Source: an uncultured Spirochaetota bacterium
GTDB taxonomy: Bacteria > Spirochaetota > Spirochaetia > SZUA-6 > CAVTHK01
Assembly (NCBI GenBank): GCA_963734495.1
Contig: CAVTHK010000013.1
Span: 1-64,000 of the forward strand
Direction: 5' to 3'
DNA length: 64,000 nt
A program made the translations under genes and the position numbers. The first letter of the stretch is position 1. Each line of letters starts with the position of its first letter. The notes beneath the pieces are model-generated. The model did no database searches, was not told the DNA's origin, and saw only the letters and a program-made list of their open reading frames with translations. Positions 10,549 to 19,451 of this stretch are shown here, in pieces.

Positions 10549-10953
10549 ATGGTGAAGCTCGGGAAGTACCTGGCAGCCCTCAGAGACGCTGAAGGCATCT
10601 CCTATCGGACCCTGGCCGAACGCGTCGGCATCTCCTACAACGCCCTGTCCGCCTACGAGAAGGACAGGGAGATGCCGTCCTTCGAGAACGTCGTGAAGCT
10701 CAGCCGCTACTTCAAGGTGCCGATCGAGTACTTCATCAGCGGAGAGGAGAAGCCCTTCGAGTATCACGACCTCGATCTGGTGGAGCTGTTCAAGCAGGTC
10801 GATGGCCTCGACGAGGCATTCCGCAGCCTGGTGAAGTCGTTTGCCGGCCGCGTGGTCGCGCACGCCCAGGAAGAGCAGACGCTCACCAAGACGGCGGCGG
10901 AACCGCTCGGGCCAGCGCGCAAGGGCGCGAAAACGAAGAAGGCCATAGCATGA
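10549..10953 (+). CDS. XRE/HTH_3 family transcriptional repressor
   Basis: LGKYLAALRDAEGISYRTLAERVGISYNALSAYEKDREMPSFENVVKLSRYFKVPIEYF is a typical Cro/C1-type HTH. Confidence 0.9.
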   Translation: MVKLGKYLAALRDAEGISYRTLAERVGISYNALSAYEKDREMPSFENVVKLSRYFKVPIEYFISGEEKPFEYHDLDLVELFKQVDGLDEAFRSLVKSFAGRVVAHAQEEQTLTKTAAEPLGPARKGAKTKKAIA

Positions 10954-11041
10954 CGGAGGCAGCCGACCGACGCTCAACGAGCAAGTCTCTGCGCGGGAGT
11001 CGTCGCCGGAGTCACGATTCTCGACTCAGCGGAAAGCGGCA

Positions 11042-11651
11042 ATGAGATCTACTCGTACGTTGTCACGCATGACACGGGATTCGCGCCAAATCCCTTTGGG
11101 GTGCCTGCACGCTCGCGGCCTGCAAACCGGCGATCCGACGAACGGCGAAGGTTGGGGACTGGATCGTTGGCCTGCAGTCCCAAGGCTGACGGCAATAGAC
11201 TGGTTTATGCCATGAAGGTAGAAGAGATTCTGCTCGCACGAGCAGTACTATCGAGACCGTCGCTTTGCATCGAAAGTCCCTGACTATGCGACGGGGCAGG
11301 TCGTGCACAAGTGCGGCGACAACATCTACAAGCCCCTGCCGAACGGGGGTTTCCATGCAAGTCAGGTCGACGCACTCCAAGGGAACAACCGAAAACCTCA
11401 ACACGAAAGCCCACGATTTAGGGGGCAAGAACGTCCTCATCTCTCGGACTTTCTACTACTTCGGTTCACGCGCGCTTGATCTCCCGGAGCCCCTGGAGGG
11501 CCTCAGAGTCGGCAGAGCCCACAAGAGCAGATTCCCAGCGAATGTCATTTCCGTTTTCGTGGACTTCATTACGAGACAGACGGCCGGTGTCAACGCACCG
11601 CCCACAAACTGGCCGGCTGGTGACGATTCCTGGAACACAGCGGTGCCGTGA
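11042..11651 (+). CDS. Nmad2 (nucleotide modification associated domain 2) protein, frameshifted
   Basis: Reconstructed IYSYVVTHDTGFAPNPF...CTLAACKPAIRRTAKVGDWIVG...LVYAMKV...GDNIY...NVLISRTFYYFG. Confidence 0.75.
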
Positions 11652-12513
11652 AAATCATCCTTAGCAGGAAGGGATTTGATTCGTCCTCTGGCGGCAAGCC
11701 AAGCCCGATCCTTCCGGACGGGCGAATGGTATCGCTGCCGATACTTGACAGGCAGTCGCCAATTCGCTACGGCGATATTCGCTGGCAGGAGTACGACCTC
11801 GGCACGCTCGTCTCCGATTTGACCGGCGGGCGCATCACACCTTCGCACTTCGCGCATCTGGATCCCGACATCAACAAGGAAAGCCTCCCTCGGCAAGATG
11901 AGTGGAGACCCGTATTTGGCCAGACCGGCGCCGCACAGGGACACCTACGGAAAAACGGCGTGTGCGCCGGTGATGTGTTTCTGTTCTTCGGCCTGTTCCA
12001 AGACGTCGTTCGGCTCACGGGAAGTTCGAGTGGGATGCGCGCTCACCGCGGCGTCACGTTCTATGGGGCTGGTTGCAGATCGACGAAGTACTTGGAGTCG
12101 ACGGCTGTGACCTCTCTCAGTACGATTGGGTGAAGTACCACCCGCATTCCCGTCGCAACTCGGATAGGAACAACACTCTATACATCGCGCGTAGGCACCT
12201 GACGCTGTCCGGCCTATCTTCGTCTGCACAGGGTGGCGCTGGCGTCTTTCCTCGCTTTTCGCAACGACTCGTGCTGACCGCCCCAGAGGCGACAACGGCA
12301 AGTCTTTGGCAATTGCCGGACTGGTTCTATCCCCGCGACGGCGAGATTCCGCTAACGTACCACTCCGACCCGGCGAGGTGGAGGCGGGCCTCAGGCGGCA
12401 TGAGGTTGCGCGCGGTCACCAGGGGTCAGGAGTTCATCCTCGACACTGAGCAGTTCCCCGAAGCAATTGACTGGGTCGGCTCCCTCTGGAAGTCCGAGGG
12501 GATCTCCCGATGA
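11648..12513 (+). CDS. Nmad3 (nucleotide modification associated domain 3) protein, frameshifted
   Basis: MKIILSRKGFDSSSGGKPSPILPDGRMVSLPI, HLDPD, FGQTGAAQGHL, GDVFLFFGLF, HPH, LTYH and RGQEF; GTGA overlap with the Nmad2 gene. Confidence 0.8.
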
Positions 12514-12831
12514 CAAACGAGAAGCCTTGAACTGGAATCTTGGCCCTGTTCGCCGACTCCAACCAACGGCTTGAGGCTGTATTCGACGCCGCAACCGTGA
12601 GGCGATCGCGGCGTTCGTGCTGAAACCGCCCTGACGTCGCCCGCCTCGGATTTAGACAGGACAACGGGCCTGCGTGACCGCGCTCTGCGAGGCGGCGGTC
12701 GCCCCGGTGCGAGGAAGTGACGGGAGAGGGAGGGATACTGGGGCAGCGAAAAAGTGAAGAAAATGCTTGACTTCGTGGAGGGTATTGCGATTGAAGCGCC
12801 CTGGAAATCCACTGGGGATGGAGGTGCTTTG

Positions 12832-13440
12832 ATGGTTACCTTCTGTGTGCCGCGGGCCGAACGGGGATGCGCGGCGTTTCGGTTTGCGGTCTCCGGCTGC
12901 ACGGCGCTGCTGGCCGGCAGCCGCGGCTACGAGGTCGGCGAGCAGACCTGCCGTGACATCCTGGGCGGCCTTGCCCGCCTGGGCCTCGGGTTCTACGTCG
13001 GCTGTGACAGCGGGGTGGAGGAGAGCTTTCGCCGCGCGCTCTCTCACTCGCCCTGGCGCAAGGATGCCTGGATCGCCTGCGCGTCTCGTCGTCGAGCCTG
13101 GGCTGCTCGCAGCCTCGGGCTCGATGCGTACGTCGTGGTGCCGCGCGGGCTCTCGCGCGAGGTCGCCCGCTACCGGCGCACGCTCTGGATGGTGCGCCGC
13201 TGCGCGCTGGCGATCCTGTTCCCCGACTGCCGGCAGGACGGGACGTGGGGCTCCGGCTCACGCCTGGTGATCCGCTCGGCGCTTGCCAACCTGAAACCGC
13301 TGTTCATCGTCGGCGAGCGGCGGCCTGTCGTTCCGGCCGCCTACCACGTGCTGCCCGCGGACCTGTTCGCCGCGGTGCGCGGCTTCTGGGTCGTGGCCGA
13401 TCCCTACGGGGACGGAGGCACCTGCGATGACGACCATTAG
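12832..13440 (+). CDS. SLOG-superfamily (DprA/Smf/YspA-like Rossmannoid) protein
   Basis: LLAGSR, FYVGCDSGVE, RRTLWMVRR and GSGSRL..SALANLKPLF motifs; GGAGG RBS before the ATG at 12832. Confidence 0.55.
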   Translation: MVTFCVPRAERGCAAFRFAVSGCTALLAGSRGYEVGEQTCRDILGGLARLGLGFYVGCDSGVEESFRRALSHSPWRKDAWIACASRRRAWAARSLGLDAYVVVPRGLSREVARYRRTLWMVRRCALAILFPDCRQDGTWGSGSRLVIRSALANLKPLFIVGERRPVVPAAYHVLPADLFAAVRGFWVVADPYGDGGTCDDDH

Positions 13441-13721
13441 AAAGACGAGCCGCGATCTGGCGGTCACCATCCAGGCGCTCGCCGGTCGCGACGGGGAGTA
13501 CCTGGCCTATTTCCGCTCCGAGCCCCTGGAGGCCACCTACAGCGTCTACTTCCACGACAACCTGATGGGCGCCCTCGCGTTGCACAACTTCGCCGAGATG
13601 CTGCGGCAAGAGCTACGGGGTGGACGCCGTGCGCCTGGAGCTCTGCGACGGGGCGATGGTGTTCCGCAGCCCCGCGATTCTGGACGTGCTCACGGCGAGC
13701 GGCTCCCATCGGAGAGCGTAA
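13427..13721 (+). CDS. Small hypothetical protein (~97 aa, one frameshift), conserved in the second copy
   Basis: MTTIRKTSRDLAVTIQALAGRDGEYLAYFRSEPLEAT...; a homologous ORF starts at 32809. Confidence 0.65.
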
Positions 13722-13759
13722 GCTCTCCCAGAGGAGAACGGACAGGACGGCGCTCCGGA

Positions 13760-13798
13760 GGCTCAGGAGCCCGGACGTCCTGTCCGGGCTCCTGAGCC
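13760..13798. other. Perfect 17-bp stem hairpin
   Basis: GGCTCAGGAGCCCGGAC-gtcct-GTCCGGGCTCCTGAGCC. Confidence 0.85.
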
Positions 13799-14027
13799 GA
13801 TCAGAGAGCGAGCGTGGGACACACGACGTGGCCCACGCGTCCGCCTGGGGCGGAGTGCGCCCGACTGCGGCTCGCGCCTACCGGCGAAGGGCAAGCCGCT
13901 TGCGGAAGGCCCGCGCCGAAGGCAGACGCTGCGCTCGGTGAAGGCTCCCGCGGCACGCGCGCCGCCTGCTGGCCGCGTACACCGCGAAGGCGACCGCCAC
14001 GACTACGAAGGCGAGACGCCGGCGCCG

Positions 14028-14055
14028 TTGACCTGGTCGCCTTCGGTGATATTCT
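14028..14055 (+). promoter_or_regulatory. Conserved promoter TTGACC-N16-TATTCT (extended -10 TGn) facing the variable gene slot
   Basis: The equivalent TTGATC-N16-TATCCT with TGn occurs at 33267-33294. Confidence 0.6.
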
Positions 14056-14078
14056 GATCGTGGCGAGCGCCACGATCA

Positions 14079-14468
14079 ATGGAGCAGCGTCAGACAAACG
14101 AGCAAACACAGCGCATGGACGAAGGTGACTTCCTGCGAAGGTGTCTGCCAAGGACTCACGGGTACTACAAGTCGAGACCGCTCCCGGAATATCGCAGCCC
14201 TGACTGCCCCGACCGTTTCGATGCATTTGTGCGAGATCGAGTACCGTTCTTCCGCTTTCTCATCGACCAGTTCTACCAGCACAAGCGAACCGCCATGCTC
14301 CAGCTCGCCCACCTTGCGGAGCCCAAGATTCTCAATCACTTGGACGAATTGCTCTTTCAGTTCCTTGCCACCGACGACCAGACCACCTACCAGCAAGCAA
14401 AGGACATCTACATGTTCATGCTCGAGTCGTGTGTCGTCCGTTCTGCGGTCCCAAAAGAGCCGTCCTGA
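14079..14468 (+). CDS. Hypothetical protein (cargo slot of copy 1; start may be 14115)
   Basis: Intact 129-aa ORF with protein-like composition; no family recognised. Confidence 0.6.
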   Translation: MEQRQTNEQTQRMDEGDFLRRCLPRTHGYYKSRPLPEYRSPDCPDRFDAFVRDRVPFFRFLIDQFYQHKRTAMLQLAHLAEPKILNHLDELLFQFLATDDQTTYQQAKDIYMFMLESCVVRSAVPKEPS

Positions 14469-14519
14469 TGCGGCGCCGCGGTGAGTTCACTGCCGAACAC
14501 GATCGCCCGCGACTCTGTC

Positions 14520-14622
14520 GTTTCTCGCCGAAGCCGCTCATTGGCGGTTTCCGGCCGACTGAAGAACCCGCGCATTGGCGCGATTCGGGGTAGGTCATAC
14601 CGAGCCAGTAGGGGGAATCGGG
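14520..14622 (+). repeat. att-like site R1
   Basis: About 100 bp similar to 15916-16014. Core ACCGAGCCAGTAGGGGGAATCGGG matches 33860-33883 at 23 of 24 positions. Confidence 0.75.
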
Positions 14623-14757
14623 GGGCAAGGCGTTCGGGCACGCTGGGCTGACAGCAGCTTTGCGAAACGCGCTGCGGAACGATCGCGTAACGTTGACAGG
14701 CTACGCTGGTACTGCTCGTTCGGTGATTCGATGATAGAACCGAGGAGGAGGTACAAG

Positions 14758-15880
14758 ATGGTCCGACCGGTGCATCTTCCGAACAAGACGGCCTGCAAAT
14801 GGCAGAGTACTGTGCGCTGTTGCGCTTTGACAGTCCTGGCTATCTTCATCGTCTTGGCGAGCTCATGCGCTGGCATGGTGAAGCCAGCATCTGCGCAACG
14901 GGACTTCACGCTCGTTGTCTTTCCGGATCTCCAGTACATGGTTGCCAATGACGTTCTCTTGCGCGGCCGGGGAGTGACTATGTGGAGGTCGATGTTCGAA
15001 TGGGTTGTCAAGAACCGCAAGGCTGAGAACATCCGGGCGGTCCTGTCCGTAGGCGACGTTACAGATCATGCGACAAGCGTCGAGTTCAAGGTAGCGTCTG
15101 AAGGCTTTGGGCAAATAGAGGCAGCAGGGATCCCCTGCGTACCGATCGTTGGCAACCACGACTATGATACTACTGGTGGTGGCCAGGTCCGCCGCCTCGG
15201 TGACGGCGCCAGAGACAGGAGGGTGACCGGGTTCGACAGTGTCTTCGGTCAGAGCCGGTTTGAAGGGAAGTCCTGGTATGGAGGGAATCTGAATGGCAGC
15301 CACGCCAACTACTACGTCACCCTCAACGTGGACAGGTGGAAGTTCCTCATCGTCGCGCTGGAGTTCTACCCACGTCATGAGGCAGTGGCGTGGGCCTCCC
15401 GTGTTATTGACGCCCATCCAGATGCCGAAACAATTATCCTCACCCACGGCTATCTCAACCCGGACGGCACTCGAGTTCAGCAAGTGGGGCAGTGGTGGTC
15501 CCATCAGGTACGGGCTGGAAGACGACTGCAGTGGCGAAGATCTGTGGGACCAACTCATCAGGCGGAAGTCGAATATCCTGGCGGTAGTCTGCGGCCATAT
15601 GAGCAACGAACCACATACGGCCCATCACACTGCCACGGGAGACAGCGGGAATACTGTCGAGGAGATATTTATCGACTATCAGAGCGCTCTCTTGGGGGAC
15701 GGATGGGTAGGCCTGCTGAGGTTCCGCCCGTCCCTCGGAACCATGGAGATGAGTTCCTATCGAACCTACGCTCCCTCCGGCCTTGGGTATGATCCGAACG
15801 CTCCGACGTACTCACTGCCATGGCCCGATGCCAGCCGCACTTCAATGGCAAGGAAGGAAGCTCCGGTGCCTCAACGATAG
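14758..15880 (+). CDS. Secreted/lipoprotein calcineurin-like metallophosphoesterase (one frameshift near 15490)
   Basis: Motifs VFPDLQY, VGDVTD, VGNHDYD, ILTHGY and VCGH; signal-like N-terminus; AGGAGG RBS. Confidence 0.85.
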
Positions 15881-15915
15881 CCATGCGGCTGCGCGTCCCG
15901 AGCCAGCAGCGGAGA

Positions 15916-16060
15916 GTTTCTCGCCGAAACTGCTCATTGGCCGTTTCCGGCCGACTCGGGAAACCGCGCATTGGCGCGAAGCGGTGTGGTCCTACCGTGC
16001 CCAGTGGGGGAGCGAGCCGGCGCGCATCCGCTCTCTTGTCGACCGTGCCTGCGCACCTGC
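15916..16060 (+). repeat. att-like site R2
   Basis: The left arm matches R1, the core is degenerate (ACCGTGCCCAGTGGGGGAG), and the right flank resembles that of R3. Confidence 0.7.
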
Positions 16061-16223
16061 AGGCTGTTCACTGGTTGGTTCGTTCCCCGTCAGGCGGCAC
16101 TCGAGGGCGCGGGACTGCGCGCGGGAGCGCTAGCGCGCGCCTGGCTCGTCGCGGTCCGCGTGATCGCGCCCGCCGCGATCGCGCTCATGTTCGCGAGCCA
16201 GTTCGCCTCAAAAAGGGAGGAAG

Positions 16224-16266
16224 GGGCCAGGCTCGAATCAGCCAGGCACCAATTCGAGCCTGGCCC
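16224..16266. repeat. 15-bp inverted repeat (REP/terminator-like) downstream of the benE-like gene
   Basis: GGGCCAGGCTCGAAT ... ATTCGAGCCTGGCCC. Confidence 0.6.
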
Positions 16267-16289
16267 TTTCTTCAAAACAGGGTCTGTCC

Positions 16290-17504
16290 CTATCTTCCGA
16301 AGTCGTCGCGCTCGAGGAGCCACGAGACGGCGCAGCCGAACACCAGGCCCCAGAACGCTGCGCCGATGTTGAAGATCGGCACGTCGGCCACGGTGACGAG
16401 GAAAGTGACGAGCGCGCCGAGCGAGAAGCGGCCCTTGAACGAGATCACGAATGCGGTCTGCAGCACGCGCAGCATGGCAAGCCCCGCAAGCGCGCCGATG
16501 AAGGCCTGCGGGGTTGCGAGCAGGAGGTGGGTAAACACGGGCGAGAACAGGCCGAAGCCGAGCGCGAGCACGCCCACCAGCACGCCGGAGCTGTACTGGC
16601 GCTGCTTCTCGCCCGAGGCCGCGAGGATCGCATTCACCGGGCCGGTGAGGCAGGTCGAGACGCTGCCGACGAGCGCTGCAGGGATCGACCACAGGCCGCA
16701 GGCCGCGGTGATCGCGTTGATCGGCGGCGCATGGCCGGCAGCGCGCAGCACCGCGACGCCCTGGCCGTTTTGCACCACCAGCACGGTCACCGCGAGCGGT
16801 ACGACGAGCTCGAGCGTCGCGCGCCAGGAGAACTGCGGGGCGTAGAAGTTCGGGTGTACGAGGCCGAGGCCACCCATCGTCAGGCCGTGGAAGCGCCCGA
16901 GCGCCGCGGCCATGACGGCGCCGACGATCATCGCGCCGATCACGGGCGGCAGCGCCTTCGCCAGGCGCGGCGCGAGCGACAGCGCGAGGAACGCCGCGGC
17001 CATCGGCGCCGCGATCCAGAAGTCGTCGCGGATCGCGTACACGAGATTCAGGCCGAAGCGCAGGAACACGCCGGCCACCATCCCCATGACGATCGGCATC
17101 GGCACCGCTTCCATCGCGCGCTTCACCCAGCCCGAGAGCCCGAGCACGAGCATCAGCACGCCGCAGCCGAGGTAGGCGCCGATCACTTGCGGGAACGTGA
17201 GGTGCCCGAGCGCGCCGCCGACCAGGACCGCGCCGGGAATGGTCCAGAAGAAGACGAGCGGCTGACGGTAGTACCAGCAGAAAAAGATGCTGAGCAGCCC
17301 GTTCAGGAAGAACGAGCCGAAGATCCAGGACGCGAGGTCCGCTTCCGTCAGGCCGCCGTGCGTGCCGACCGCCAGGATGATCGCCACCGGCCCCGAGGCC
17401 GCGAAGATGAAGCCGACCAGCGCATTGCCGGCATAGTGGCCGCCGAGGTCGCCGAGCAGCCGCGCGAACCCCGGCGGCCGCGCCGCGGGACTCTCGAGTG
17501 ACAT
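16290..17504 (-). CDS. benE: Benzoate/H+ symporter BenE family transporter
   Basis: Polytopic membrane protein with ASWIFG, YRQPLVFFWTIPGAVL, VQNGQGVAVL and GALVTFLVTVA..IFNIGAAFWGL. Confidence 0.85.
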   Translation of the reverse strand: MSLESPAARPPGFARLLGDLGGHYAGNALVGFIFAASGPVAIILAVGTHGGLTEADLASWIFGSFFLNGLLSIFFCWYYRQPLVFFWTIPGAVLVGGALGHLTFPQVIGAYLGCGVLMLVLGLSGWVKRAMEAVPMPIVMGMVAGVFLRFGLNLVYAIRDDFWIAAPMAAAFLALSLAPRLAKALPPVIGAMIVGAVMAAALGRFHGLTMGGLGLVHPNFYAPQFSWRATLELVVPLAVTVLVVQNGQGVAVLRAAGHAPPINAITAACGLWSIPAALVGSVSTCLTGPVNAILAASGEKQRQYSSGVLVGVLALGFGLFSPVFTHLLLATPQAFIGALAGLAMLRVLQTAFVISFKGRFSLGALVTFLVTVADVPIFNIGAAFWGLVFGCAVSWLLERDDFGR

Positions 17505-17688
17505 CGGCTATGCGCCGTAGCCCGCGAGGAAGCCCGCGTCGACCTTGTCGGGGCTCGTGCGCTGCAGGTACGCCTGCAGGAAACCTGATGGCATTCCGTT
17601 GCTCCTGGCTCTGTGGGTGCGGGGGACGGACCAATTTAGTGGCGCGCGGTGACCAGGGTCAATGGAGGGCGGGCCGGTCGGCGCGTCG

Positions 17689-18120
17689 TCACCTCATCGG
17701 GGCGTCGGCGGCCAGGCCGAGCTGCCGCAGGATCGACTTGGCGACCTTGCAGACGACGGTGCAGGCGGGATCGAACATGTTCCCGATCTCGTACTCCACG
17801 CACTGCCCCAGGAGCAGGTGCCCTTCGGAGCCCTCCAGGCTCAGCTCGTTCAGCCAGCGGATCATCTCGGTGGTGGCGCGCTGCGTGGGTTGGTCCAGGG
17901 GCCGGGTGTTTCCGACGGCAAAGATATGGGTGGCATTCTCGCCCCGTGGCCACAGGATCTTACGGCCCTTGGGGACGCGCAGCGTCACCTCCACCTCAAA
18001 AGAGATTTCGATGCCGGCCCCGACGATTTCGCCGTCGCCCTGCACGGCGCGGCCGTCGCCGATGTGGAAGAGGGGCCCCCTTCACGAAGACCGGGAAGTA
18101 GGCGGTGACCTCCTGGCGCA
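17689..18120 (-). pseudogene. Acetamidase/formamidase family C-terminal fragment
   Basis: YFPVFV.GA.FHIGDGRAVQGDGEIVGAGIEI and PLDQ..QRATTEM; the 5' part is absent. Confidence 0.7.
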
Positions 18121-18276
18121 AGCCCTGGGGCCCCGATGCCTCGTAGCGCTCTAGGGCCACGTCAAATCAAAGTACTGACGGAAAGGCAGCAATTTGGAGA
18201 ACCAGAAATCTCCCTGTTCCTCTCAGTGGTTCAAATCGAATTCAAAGAAGTCCACTATCATTCGAGTGTTGAAGTA

Positions 18277-19356
18277 CTACGCTTTTTCCAGCGTGTACCG
18301 GGCCTTGCGCCAGTCAAGGCGCTCCTGCCAGTCGGGGTATCTGTAGCGGCCGATATCCTGGTCGTCGGGATAGACGAACATGGCCCCGGCCTGAAGAATG
18401 ACGGTCTTCATGGTCTTGGAGTTCTCTCGGACTATCGTCTCCAGTTCGTCGGGGCGCATAAAGGTGCAGCACCAGTTGTCGTAGTGATCCGGTATGATCA
18501 CCTTCGTGTTCAGGGCCTTCCCGATCCGATACGCGTCGTAGGGGGTCAGCTTGTCGTTGGAACCCGAAGGGTTGTGCCCCATGTCCAGGATCGTGACGTC
18601 CACCTTGTTGCGCTGGCCCACGCCGAAAAATGAGTTGTCGTAGGTCGCGTCGCCCAGAAAGGCGATGCTGCCGGCTTTGGTATTGAAGATGTAGGAGACC
18701 GCGGCGTCGCCCATGGAGAATTGCGCGGCTGAGCCTTCTGGCATTCCTACCGTAGTCTTGAGGGCGTTCATGTCGTAGTTGTCCTCGACTATGATTTCCG
18801 CGTTCTTCATCTTCAGCTTGTCGCCGGGCTTTACCTCGACGATACGGCTGTCCGGCACGCCCCAACGCTTGAGGACGGCGGTTGTCATTTTCGGCCCGAT
18901 AAACTTCGCGGTTGTGGTCTTGAGCAGCGCCTTGACGGTATAGATGTCGCAGTGATCCGCATGGTGATGGGTAATAAAGAGGGCGTCCACCCTTTTCAAT
19001 TTCCAGATGTCGATGACCTGCGGGTTGATGCGTATCCAGTGCAGCCTGTCGGCGCCGGTGCTCTTGCAGTCCCCGGAGTTTTCATAGCGCGTAACCATTG
19101 AGGGGCCAGCGTAATTGTCGATCAGGAAAATCTCATCCTGGACTTTCATGCCCCAGGAAGGACCACCGAGCCACCACAGCGCCGCTTTCGAGGCGGGAAC
19201 TTCCGCGTGTTCCAACTGAAAATTGATGTACTGGCCCCAGGGCGGGAAACAGTCGTTGATCCAGGTCTCATAGGTGATGTCCCTGTCCGAAAGCATGTAC
19301 GAGGACTCCATGATGCCCCATTCGTCACGCTGTTTCTTGTCTTTGTCAGCCATCAT
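18277..19356 (-). CDS. Metallo-beta-lactamase-fold lactonase, UlaG (L-ascorbate-6-phosphate lactonase)-like
   Basis: ITYETWINDCFPPWG, ALWWLG, THHHADHCD, DKLTPYD and IPDHYDNW. Confidence 0.8.
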   Translation of the reverse strand: MMADKDKKQRDEWGIMESSYMLSDRDITYETWINDCFPPWGQYINFQLEHAEVPASKAALWWLGGPSWGMKVQDEIFLIDNYAGPSMVTRYENSGDCKSTGADRLHWIRINPQVIDIWKLKRVDALFITHHHADHCDIYTVKALLKTTTAKFIGPKMTTAVLKRWGVPDSRIVEVKPGDKLKMKNAEIIVEDNYDMNALKTTVGMPEGSAAQFSMGDAAVSYIFNTKAGSIAFLGDATYDNSFFGVGQRNKVDVTILDMGHNPSGSNDKLTPYDAYRIGKALNTKVIIPDHYDNWCCTFMRPDELETIVRENSKTMKTVILQAGAMFVYPDDQDIGRYRYPDWQERLDWRKARYTLEKA

Positions 19357-19451
19357 TCACTCCTGTTCCCGGGATGTTGTATCGAATCATGAAACATGTA
19401 CTATGAGCTGTCCGTGGGCGGCGTGAAAGAGACCGCCTCGATCTCTGCCCC

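Larger units (their letters stand above)
13280..14060 (+). repeat. Copy 1 of diverged direct repeat (SLOG 3' end + small ORF + conserved non-coding block + promoter)
   Basis: Aligns by eye with 32662-33300. Confidence 0.9.
5900..14622. mobile_element. Putative integrative element: twin tyrosine recombinases, ATPase/primase replication module, XRE repressor, cargo slots and att-like right end
   Basis: Gene content, plus partial duplication of its right-end module at 32662-33917. The left boundary is uncertain. Confidence 0.7.

Noticed and set aside
12556-12600. Integron attC site after Nmad3 (CCAACCAACGGCTTGAG)
   Set aside because: It resembles only the 5' half; I found no complementary L'/R' boxes with GTTRRRY.
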